Shown: in pieces, positions 39,990-51,900 of the stretch
Layout of the letters: each line of letters begins with the position of its first letter
Numbering within the stretch: the stretch's first letter is position 1
Assembly: GCA_964016885.1 (NCBI GenBank)
Contig: OZ024741.1
Location: 268,956,001-269,020,000 of the forward strand
Source of the DNA: Eledone cirrhosa
Lineage: Eukaryota
Length of the DNA stretch: 64,000 nucleotides
Direction of reading: 5' to 3'
Position numbers and translations under genes: made by a program
Notes under the pieces: model-generated
Seen by the model: only the letters and a program-made list of their open reading frames with translations
Told to the model about the DNA's origin: nothing
The model's database searches: none

Positions 39990-42900
39990 TCACATGTATG
40001 CGAGTGTGTGTGGTGTCAACCTTAACCAGTGTTGCTCGATGATCGGAAGAGACAAAATAATGAAAATAATTAAATTGACTCGATAATCAGAGCTATATAT
40101 CAAATTATAAAATAAGAAGAAATAATAGACACAGATATATACCTATTTTTTCTTCAAAGTCCCGACTGTACAGTTTTGCTGATCTGTATGCAACAATTGT
40201 ACATTATAGATGTGCAATATTGTTGTGAGGCAAACCAGCTTCTCAAGGAACACCTCAGGGAAGGAACGTTTTCCAGATGCATTTGTAGCAAGTGAGAAAA
40301 TCTCTATAGGCAGGGGGGGTTAACATGTGATACATTGGTTGAGTTAACCTGCAACTGTAGTAATTGCTTTCTCTAGCAAACACTATAATCACTTTCTATC
40401 CACCTTACTACCTGCCTGTTACCTCTCTATTATGTATTAATTTCTCCCTCCGCTTTTTTGAGATATTTTTCACTTGCTACAAGGAAATCAGTCCTCTTTC
40501 TTGACCGATGTATCACGTGTTAATTCCTCCTATAGAGATTTTCTCACTTGCTACAAATGCATCTGGAAAACGTTCCTTCCCTGAGGTGTTCCTTGAGAAG
40601 CTGGTTTGCCTCACAACAATATTGCACATCTATAATGTACAATTGTTGCATACAGATCAGCAAAACTGTACAGTCGGGACTTGGAAGAAAAAATAGGTAT
40701 ATATCTGTGTCTATTATTTCCTCTTATTTTATAATTTGATATATAACGAAGGAAATGTGGTAAGGAACCAGATGGACCATAACGCACCAATGCACCAAAG
40801 GGTCCAGAATTAGCCGTCGAAACGGCTTGAGCCCTGCCGTCCCGTCGGGGTCATACTTGTTCCTATATATATATATATACTCCATTTATGTTTGTTGGTT
40901 TAACTAATAGGTAACTGGGTTTGTGATATATATATATATATAGATATATATATACATGTATATGTATTTATATATATATATATATATATTCTAATGTGTC
41001 CTTGTAGGGGCTCCCAAAGGAGCACTGTGTGCAATGTCAACTCTGGATGTCGGTGAGCATGTCCAGCTAACCTCAGTCTCCTCTGTGTCACTTTTGAGCT
41101 GACTTTTGGGATGCTCCCATACAGCTCTGAGTTTTTCATCCTCAGTGTATACTGATTAATGTTCAGAGCCATCCTCAGCATTCTCGTGTAGCACCCATCC
41201 ACCATCTGAGTGAGTTTCTTGGACACTAGAAGAGGAAGACCAAGGTTAACGTATGTTGATGTCCTAAGGACAGACACTGGTCTGTTGGAGACGCAGGACA
41301 TGGCAGCGATAATGAGGGACAGAGACCGCTGGAGAGAACTCGTCCATGGATCTCGGGAATTTTACCCGCCTTAGATATATATATATATCTTAAACGATCG
41401 ACTTTCGTCAAATCGGACCGAGGAAACAATGTTTCCGTCGGTCTTTCCAATTGCTAATACTATCTATCGGTCGCAACTCCAGGTAGAAGGAGCAACGTGA
41501 AATAAAGTGTCTTGCTCAAGGACATAACGCATCACGGTTGGTCCAGGAATCAAACTCACAACCTCACGATTGCGTGTCCAATTCTCTAACCACTCAGCCA
41601 CACGCCTTTACTATATATATATATATATACACATGTATATATATATATATATATATACACATATGTATGTGTGCATAACATCACATTTAAAACTTGGAAC
41701 GTGTGATACATACAAAAATTTGTTAAAGATGAAATTGGGAGACAAAGAGCTTTCAGTAGAGCCGTTAATATTATGAAATTGATTTTAATGAGCACAAATT
41801 AAAACATTTCAAAGACTACACCTTAAAGATTTAAAGGGTTTCATTATATTTCCTTTGTGTTGTCTATTATATTTTCACTGTGACCTTTTTTACTGTAATT
41901 TTTTCAGGCACCATTGGGAGATACTAGGAATGACACAGATCTTGGAACAAGTAGCAGCTGTTAGTGAGCAACTTTTACAGTTTGGTATTAACCGAGAAGA
42001 ATTGTTATTACTTGAAGCTACTATTTTAGTAAATGCAGGTACATAACCATCTCTTAATTATTAACTCTGATTATTTCTCAATCTCTTTTGCTTTAGCCAC
42101 TTGGCTGAAGGAAAGCAGCAGGGTGATCTTGATGATGGAGTCAGCCAATAGCTAGATCAGCCTACATGTGGCAATAGCTGTTCAACAAAACTCCACAAGT
42201 CAACAATACCTGGACACTGTACGTAGTTTTGTCACTCTACACATCTCAGACAGGTCCATGTGACAGCACTTTCATGCTTGTACAGTTTGTCTTAAACTGG
42301 CAGTGCTTCCTAGAAGCACTGCTAGGCCAGGGATTTCTGGAAATTATTCATTGGGTTCAAACTGAAAGTCCTCAGGAACTGACAAGCTAGTATGTTTTCA
42401 TCAATGCCTAGAACCTCACCAAGAGCATCGTCACACTCTATAGAATGCTAATGTGGAATTTCCACTGACTGCACAGTGGTTAAGTGCTAATAGATCACAG
42501 AAGTAATGTATACATTTGCCACCTCTACCAAACCTTTCATAAATAATTTCCTGTCAGCCCATTTCTGGGTGAGAGTGACCTTTTGCTCATTACTTCATCC
42601 CAGTTCCTATCAACTGAAGGTTTGCACCAAACCAGATCCCTAGCAACTTGACCAGTCTCTCTGTCCAGCATCCCTCCAATGCTGTTGAACAACATCAGTT
42701 TACCTCTCCAAGTGCTGAGTTGCAAACCCATCGAATTATCCAGGTTGATTTTTGCTCATGTCAATGTTTTCTATACCTCTAAGAAGTTGCTGACCACATT
42801 GATATCTGAGGTCTTCATCACTATTACAATGACATTGTCCACATATGCTAACACAGTCCTTCCATGTCATGGTTTGAATGGGGTGCTCTATAACGTCTTC

Positions 42901-45900
42901 TGACCATTAAGCAAATGCGGCTGTGCCTTGCAGTAATCTAACTCAAACCAGCTGCCTTGAGTACAGCTCCCAAGTAGGGATGGTCGACCCTATTGGAAGT
43001 TTTTGATTTATTTAAATTGATCAGAGTCCCATCGAAGACAGGTTTACTCCCTTCCCTCTCTATGATGTGTTGCATGAAGTGAAGGTTGTCATGTATGGAC
43101 CTTGTAAGGATTGTGCTGGTTTGTGCTTCTCCTACCAGACCCTTGATGACAAACATCAATCTTGTTGCTAACACTATGGCCAAAATCTTAATCTCTGTGT
43201 TGAGCTGAGTTATGGGTTGGAAATTCCTGATTATGTTTCTTTTGTTTATGTGATTCCTCATCAGTGTTACTACACACTGACTTAAAAAACTGGGAACTCT
43301 CCCATTTTGCTGACAGTTGCAGTGTTGACAGCTTTGAGGATATCGGTGAACAAATCTGTCATTTCTATGCAAAACTGATAGGGTAAACAATCCAAACTAT
43401 GCGATCTGTACTACGTACATCCACATAGGTATTCCTGTATCTTGGCTGCTGTTATTGGTAAACCATTGAATTAGGAACTATAGTCTACCACTCCTGTTTG
43501 CTCCAAACAGTTGTGCAAAAAGTTACTGGAAAGCCGTACACATCTGCTTAAAATTGAGCAGCATACACCCATCTTGCTCAAATGAATTGTGGCTTTGTTG
43601 CCATACTGCGCTTCTGCCACTCAGGTCCTTTGAATAGCTTCCATTCATTCATGACTCAGAGCACATACCTTAGCTCTGACAATGCAAGCTTGAAGAACTG
43701 GTCTAGATCCATTCTTGCAGTTAGTGCGTTAATTATTGTAATGCCGCTCCTAATTACCTCCCCTAGTTTAGATACTAGTTCTCCCTCTGCTCTATTTTTA
43801 TCTATTGCTACTTCTTTACTAAAAGTTATCGATTCTTCTTTAATTGCTCTCTTAAGAGTGAACGACCACCACCTATTGTTGACAATTACCTCAGTCAACT
43901 CTTGCTTAACTAACTTGCTAATCCCGTCTCTGTAAACTCTATGTACTGGGAATGACACATTAAGTTTCCAGTAACTGGGTCCCTCTCTACGTGTTCTATC
44001 TAGGTTGACCATGCAGTTCACAAATTTGTGGTCTGAGAAGGTGGACTCCCTATCCTATTTTTGTTTGCTAACCTCAGAAAACCCTATTTAAGTATGATCT
44101 AGATTACCCTATGGGATTGCTCCATGTCCACACTGGCACATTTGAGTAATCTAGTTGGTACCTGTCAGACAGTTAGAATTGTCTGATCAGGTTCTTGAGG
44201 CTTTTACACCCCCCTTCTCTATTAGCTACTCTCACACAAGATGAAAAATATCAAGGTCTGAAACATGAAATAAAGCAAGTTTGGCAATTTAAAGGGGAGG
44301 TCATTCTGGTAGCTGTTGGAGGTCTTGGTGTCATGACGAAAAAGATGCAAGATGCAAGATGGATCTCAAAGATAGGTGTTGAAATGTGTACAGAGTTGCT
44401 ACAAAAGTCTGCACTCCTTGGAACAACCAGAGTTTTGAGAAGTGTGCTACAAATGTTGTGGTTGATGAGGAACTGGAGGACACACCATCATTTTTTATGA
44501 CTCACTCCTGCAGGGTAATTTTAATAACAGATCTTTCTGAATATGAAGAAATAATAAATTATAATGATTTTGTGTTATGTTGCTATGAGGCTGAGATTTT
44601 GTATATAATATATATAACTTAACTAGGATATAAGATAAGACGTCTTTGTTTGTTATTTTCCTTGCTTTATATTATTATAGATTAATATTTAACCCTTTAG
44701 CATTTAAACTGGACATATCTGGCCAGAATTCTCTCTCCTCTTTCTGTTCAAACCAGCAGTAACCAACCACTCGTACTAATGTTAAGGTATTATTCTGAAA
44801 ATGAATAATATTAAAATCTCATAGATTTGATATTATATCAGATAATTATGTGAGATAAAGCCTTTACCATGAAAAAATAATAGTAAATATAGAGTAATGT
44901 AAATGCTAAAGGATTAAATTGAGAAGAGAAGAGGGATGGAGTAGGAATCTAGCAACTCTATCTCTATTAATCAAAATTGCTACAGTAACAACAAAAGTCA
45001 TCCAATATTCTATAGGGAGCAAAAATAAGTAAAGAAAAAGAGGAATTAGTAAACTAGTGCAGTATATGTCTAGAGTTTTAGTCAACACTATGTATAAACA
45101 GATGTAAACACCTTGCCTTTCACATATAATAGTCTTCATAGGCAGAAGAGAGTTCTGCTCGACTAGCTTCAATCCTATGTTGGAATTTCATCAGTGGCTG
45201 AGTACTATCATTAAGAGTACACAGAAACACTGCTTATAGAATGGCTATTACTAAGAATTTAACCCTTTAGCATTTAAACTGGACATATCTGGCCAGAATT
45301 CTCTCACCTCTTTCTGTGGCCGTAACCAGCCACTCATACTGATGTTAAGGTATTGTTCTCAAAATAAATAATATCAAAATCTCATAGATTTGATATTATG
45401 TGAGATACTATCTAAACTATAATAAAGTAAGGAGTGCGATATCCTGGATGAGATATGGGTTTGATGCTTGGCTGCCATATTCTAGGTGTGGTCTCATGAT
45501 GGCGATATAGAGAGGCCTGAAAATTTCTGGAGTGAGTTTGGCAAAGGAGCGTCGAATAAGAAAAAGAGAGCTCCTTGCCTTGTTTGCGGCTTGAATGCAA
45601 TGTTTTGATGGTTTGAAGGACGAGTCGACCAGCAGACCAAGATCTTTAGTCTCCTCAACCTCCTTCAAAGGAGCAGTGCCACCGTTGAAGGTAAGAGCTG
45701 AGTTATAAGGTGTACCCACTGCCATATGGCAACACTTATCGACATTGAGGTATAAATCCCAATCAATGGACCAACTCCAGACGCGCTGGAGGCTGGACTT
45801 GAGATTGTCAATCTCGCTCCTACGGGCTACCATTTTCACATCATCAGCAAATAGGAGCACGTTTCCACCAATCACGTCCGGCATGTCGTTGATGTATAGA

Positions 45901-48900
45901 AGGAAGAGAATTGGGCCCAACACAGAGCCCTCGGGAATGCCACTGCCTACACCCACCCCCAATGATAAACTGCCATTGATCCGAACTCTGCAAGTACGAC
46001 CCTCAATCCACTTTATAATCGAGTGATGGAGACCATAGTTGCTGAGCTTATACAGGAGCAGGCGGTGGTTGACAGAGTCAAAGGCTTTGGTGAAGTCGAG
46101 AAAGATAATATCAGCCGCATCTCCATCGTCCATTATCCTCGTCACCCATTCTTCCATCACGAGTAGGTTTGTGAGACAGGAACGTTTCGGGATGAAACCG
46201 TGTTGAGATGGAAAGATGGCAGTGAAAGACGCAAGATGAGCCATAATTGCCCGCTTGATTAGAGATTCCAAGGCCTTACAGACAATTGAGGTGAGGCTCA
46301 CGGGTCTGTAGTTCCCCGGGTCTTCTTTGTCGCCTTTTTTAAAGATAGGGCAAATTGTAGCTACTTTCCAGTCGGCAGGAACAACTCCGGTAGCCAATGA
46401 CAGGTTGAATAGTGTGGCTAGATGTAGACCGTCTGGACCATGCCCCTTATTCACATCTAAGGACAAAGCAACTTTTCCACCTCGTCCGGTCTGACGGTGG
46501 TTGGCTGCATTGGTGGGGCGATCATGTTTAGATTTGGAGGTTCTCTGCCATCGTCCTCTTTGAAGATATTTGCGAAAACATCGGCAAAAAGAGAAGCTTG
46601 TTGGTCACCGTGTTCAATAACTGCACCTTCGGGGTTTCGGAGAGTGACAATTAGGTTATTCAGTTTTTGATTTCTCTGCACGTGAGCATAAAAGCGCTTT
46701 GGATTATGACCGGCATCATTTGCAAGTTCCCTTTCAAAATTTTGCCTTCCAATTCTGGAAATATGCTCGACATGATTTCGCTGCTTTCTGTAGACTTCAA
46801 ATGCCGCCGCAGACATTGTCTCTTGATAGTGCCCCCAAGCAGTGTTTCTTAACTTCCGTTCGTGGATAATTGTCTTTGTTATCCAGGGTTTGTGTTTCTT
46901 ACGTTTTGGTGTTCTCAGCGGCACTACCATTTCTGTTAGCCCAAGTAGAATTTTCTTTATTTCTCGCCACAAAGTTTCAACAGACTGATTTTCAGTTATG
47001 CTGCGGCAATTTATCTCGTCGGAGGCCATTTTGATAAGATCATGATTCAGAGCAGCAAATATTCTTCTCGGCTGATTCGAAATGGGAGGCGGTGCAAGCA
47101 AAGTATGCATGCTAAAGCTCAGTACTGCATGATCGCTTTTCCCAAGTGGAGACAGAACTTGCAGAGACGATACGGATCTAGGATAACAGGAGAAGATAAG
47201 GTCTAGTAATGACGGCCGTTGACCACTTCGAGCCCTGTGTGCAAGTTGTTGTTGGACTTGCACACATTTGAGTTCCAGTCTATAGTCGGAGCATTAAAAT
47301 CCCCAAGTATAAGACAGTCATTTGGACATCTTGAGAGAGCTTTCATTGCATTAATGAGACTCTGACCTTCATCTGTTGTAGAACTAGGACTGCGATAGAT
47401 GGAAATAATGGGAATAGTTTCTCCACCCACATTAAGACTGCAAGGAACAGCATCAAAGTTCTCCGAAAGTACGGTGTTTGGTGGTAGAGGCTGATGGGAT
47501 GGTTTGAGCGATGATCTTGCATAAACGATAACTCCCCACCTTTTCTTTGGGATCTATCACATCGGAATGTAGTAAAGTCAGGAATGTGAATCTCTGCATC
47601 CTTGACTTCTGAATTTAACCAGGTTTCGTTTATGACTATCGGGTCTGCCTTCTCGTCTGTAATAACAGAATGGAGATCATCAAGTGTGGACAGAAGAGAG
47701 CAAGCGTTGGTTGAAATAACTTTGAATGAGTGATCAAGGGACGGCGATTTGGACATTAATTGCTTTTTGGGGATCTTCGGGAGGAAGTTGGAGGGCTTCT
47801 TGCACACCTTCTCATCTGAGATGGCTGTTTGTTCTGCCAGGGAAGTTTGGAGTCTTTGGATATCGTTATTGGGGCCACCCAAAGATAAGAGTGTACTATC
47901 TTTCCATTTCTTATCCGCAGACCAGTCTCTCCGGCAGCTATGGCTGACCTGAGTTCTGTCTTCAAAGTTCTCCAGCGGTTTCTTTCTTTTAAGGAGAACT
48001 CCTTCCAAAAATCCAATTTACTACCCCGGTAACACTTTCTGGCTTTGGCAAGGAAATCCTCTGCTTGCTGAGAATTTGACTTTGATGGGTCGGGGTTTTG
48101 AGTTGGGATTTCGTTCTTCAGATTTTCGGCCAATTCTCACGATTTGGACTTGCGTCTTGTCATCTGAATCGCCAATAGTGACTTTGATAATGTTTGAGAT
48201 AAACTCAAAGTCTTGGTGGTACCTTTTCAGTATTTGCACAGCTTTCGGAAACTCTGTAGACATAAACAGATTTGTTACACTGTTCTTCAGCACTGGCAGC
48301 TGTCTTGGGGGTACCACATTTACCTGTAACATAATGGCGACCGTTTTCTGAGTTGACCTGATCCGCTTCATCTTCAAGCAGACTTGTATTTGCCGTAACA
48401 AAATTGTCTGCTGAGCTGATAGGGAGACAAGGTTTGTTCTGATCATCAACCGTGTCGGAGTGGTGGTGTCGTCTTTTGGGCGACCGCCAAACCTCGGCAG
48501 AGGGATTTACAGTGTCTTCATCAGAGATTAAAGCTGTATCATTCATCCTGGCAGATGCACCTGCGGGAATTTGATGAGTAGACGAGACCAATGTGTTTTG
48601 CTTTGTGTTGTCTTGTGCAGCATCTGCCATCTTCTTGCTTTGCTTCTTTTGTCGCTTCGGTATTGCTTTGATCGTCTTCGTCTGGGAAGATGCAGATTTA
48701 GACAGTCTGGAAGTCGCATCATTAAGAGGTTGAAGTGACAATATCGTTTCTTCCATTATCAACATCTTTAACATGAGGGCATCAAGTTGAGTTTGCAAGT
48801 TAGCGTTTTTCAGTTCGATTTGGGTAAGATTCAGTTTCAACCACTCACAATTACAGGTCGGTGGCATAACATTGCGATAAGTTTGGACAGCCGAGCGAGC

Positions 48901-51900
48901 TCTTGTAGTTGCAGGCATTATTGTGCACGTTGACGATTGGAGTTTTTAGTGATGACAGGGTTAAGAAACTTCAAGAATATACAATGTTGTAATATTCATG
49001 GTAGCATTAAAAATAAATAAAATAAAATCAAAAAAATCTAGTAATGACATTTTTGTAGAAGTTGTTTTTCTTTTTCAAATACTAAAGGTAAAAATATGAT
49101 TTAAAATAGAAAATAGTAAATAAATAAGAGAAAAATCGAAAAGTTGTTTCCATCCACAAAAAGCCAAGTGATGTGCATGCATGTGCAGTTACGCTTGTGC
49201 ACACATATGTTAAAATACATGTGCACACATATGTCAAAATATTGTAGATTTTACATTGGCAGACATATGTTGAAATGTCGTTATATCGTAAATATACATG
49301 CTTCATGCTCCAATGTCCAGGTGGGGAGGGATACAAGTAAACCTCTATCGTAGGTTTTACGTTGGCACACATATGTTAAAATATATACACACCTCAACAG
49401 CATTCCAATAAATATTGCCTGTACAGGTAATCTTATAGAAGCCACTTCTATATTAAACTTGATGTTTACATTTTTCTAATGTATTGAGTACAATTCTATA
49501 TTGCTGCTTTTATATAATTTCACTGAACACAACAGGTATATAATACGATTTCTTGATAACAAGGAATGAGGTGATACGATAACTCGGCGGAGAAGTGGAC
49601 GAGTTGTTAGTACCCTGGATAGAATCCTTTACGGCAGGGGTCGGCAACTTCTTTACCTCCACAGGGCTTTGTATGGGTGCTTGGTAACTCGCGGATTCAT
49701 ATTCATTTATTTATTTGAGCTTGTTCCATTTATCCTCAGCTCATCCATAGATAACGGTAAACAAGAATTCTTTGGTGCAGGGCTAGAAGGACAGTAGTAG
49801 TAATGGCAGAGTTTGTTAGGGCTGGTAATGGGTGAGGACATGTTGCTGAGGTTTGATTGGTCGAATAGCCTATGGTGGTGAGTGGGAGTGGGGGAGGGAA
49901 TTTGTGAGATAGGTCGTCATCATGGCGTATATCATCACAGAAGATTCGGGGGGAAATAAGCAGATACAAGCCGGCATATTTGACAAGGCGAATATGCGAG
50001 AATTTCGAAGATGGGTACCTACCTTTGTAAATACTGAAATGAATGAGTGAGAGAATGGCGGGGGTTAGGGATGAGTTCGTAGAGAAACAGACAATGTCCA
50101 ACGTGGTTTATTTCGAAAACAAGGTTGAAGTATATACATTGTGGAAACAAGCAAATGATAATAATAATAATTGTTTCTACTTTTGGCACAAGGCTAGTTA
50201 TTACCCAGTACATTACTGGTACTTTATTTTATCGACCCCGTAAGGATGAAAGGCAAAGTTAATTTCGGCGGGATTTGAACTCAGAATGGCAAGGACCGTA
50301 ACTCTATACATCAAAACATGGCGTCTGACCCTCTACCGATACTGCCAACCCACTGATAATAATAATAATGTAATCAGAACATTTCGAAATTGGGGAGGAA
50401 AAGAGTCAGGACCCCAACGGCTGAGCTCCAGCCATTTCGACAGCTAGATCCAAACATTCAGATCTAGCTGTTGAAAAGGCCAGAGCTCAGCTGTCGGGTC
50501 CTGCCTCTTTTCCTATTACCCACTCTACAACCCTAAGTATCAAGTACTCTGGTGTGTTATGGTCCACCTGGTATCTTACCACACCTTCTTTGTTGTATAT
50601 TGTATAGTATATATATATGTTGTACTTTCTTCTTCTTCTCCTCCTCCACCACTTTGAGAGAGTTGTGGAGGAAGAGTCCTCAAACACTCCTTTCAGCAGG
50701 TCCTGTCAAGCTCATGGATGTTATCCAATCATCTTGCTTTAGGTCTACCCTTGGGTTTTGCTCGTAAAATCTGCCCAATGTTTCTTCCTGAGATTTCTCT
50801 ACATTCTAACTACATGCCCATAGTATCAAAGCTGTGTTCTAATTCAGAGAAGTAGCAGTTCTACCTGGAGTGGCTCTCTGATCTCCAAGCTACGCACTCT
50901 ATCATGTAACGTTACTCCAAGGACCCTTCATAGTAACCCCATTTTGGCTGCTTGTATTCACGATTGTATTTTTTTGGTCATAACCCACTACTGAATCTGC
51001 ACACGCTTTGCCCAACCACATTGACCCCTCCGCCTCTTTCACTCCCTCATGTCCCTACACTGTATTCACCATACCCCAGGACCTACCACTCTCCGAAGCT
51101 GAGCGCTCCCTCCTCGCCCGTGGTTTGTGTTTTATACTAACTACATCTACCTGCGACGAGTTCCGCACAAGTGCCGAGATTGAAGGGTTCTTCCGTCGAT
51201 TAAAGCTGAAAGCTTTTTTCACGACACGCCATCATCGACACAGACGAATGACTTCACTCGTCTCAATCGTCGGTAATCATATTGGACGCCGAGTTCTGGC
51301 CAGTTCAGCACCCTCGACTCCTTTGTCGATACTTGCCGGCGTACTGTGAATCGGTTCCGTTTCCACCAGCATTCTCGTTGCTCTAGCATCACGTGGACTG
51401 AGCTCTCCGCTCTTCGCAACCTTCGCCGTCGCGATGACATTGTCATCAAACCCGCTGACAAAGGTGGCACTGTGGTGGTTTGGAGCGCTGACCTCTATAG
51501 GGCTGAGGTTCTCCGCCAGCTTCACAATACCCTTTTTTTACCATCTTTTATCCTCTGACCGCACTCCTGGCTACCAACAACTCATGTCCTCCACCATCCA
51601 CGAGCTCATCTCCTTCCCTCCTGCCTTCTCTTTACCCTGGACATCACTTCTCTCTATACCGTCATCCCTCATGATGACGGCCTCCGCGCTCTCCAGCATT
51701 TTTTAGATTCACGCCCTACCCCTTACCCCAGCACTACCACTCTTCTCCGTCTGGCTGAGCTTGTTCTCACCCTCAATGAATTTTCTTTTTCTGGTGAATA
51801 TTACCAGCAGGTCTCTGGGGTAGCGATGGGAACCAGAATGGGTCCAGACTATGCCAACTTGTTTGTGGCTACGTCGAAGGCCAGATCTTCTCCCAGTACA

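Noticed and set aside
49565-50150. Possible further PLE RT fragment on the minus strand (LDIVCF...FSIYK) and a lone hAT end at 49634
   Set aside because: Too short and degenerate to call without a search.
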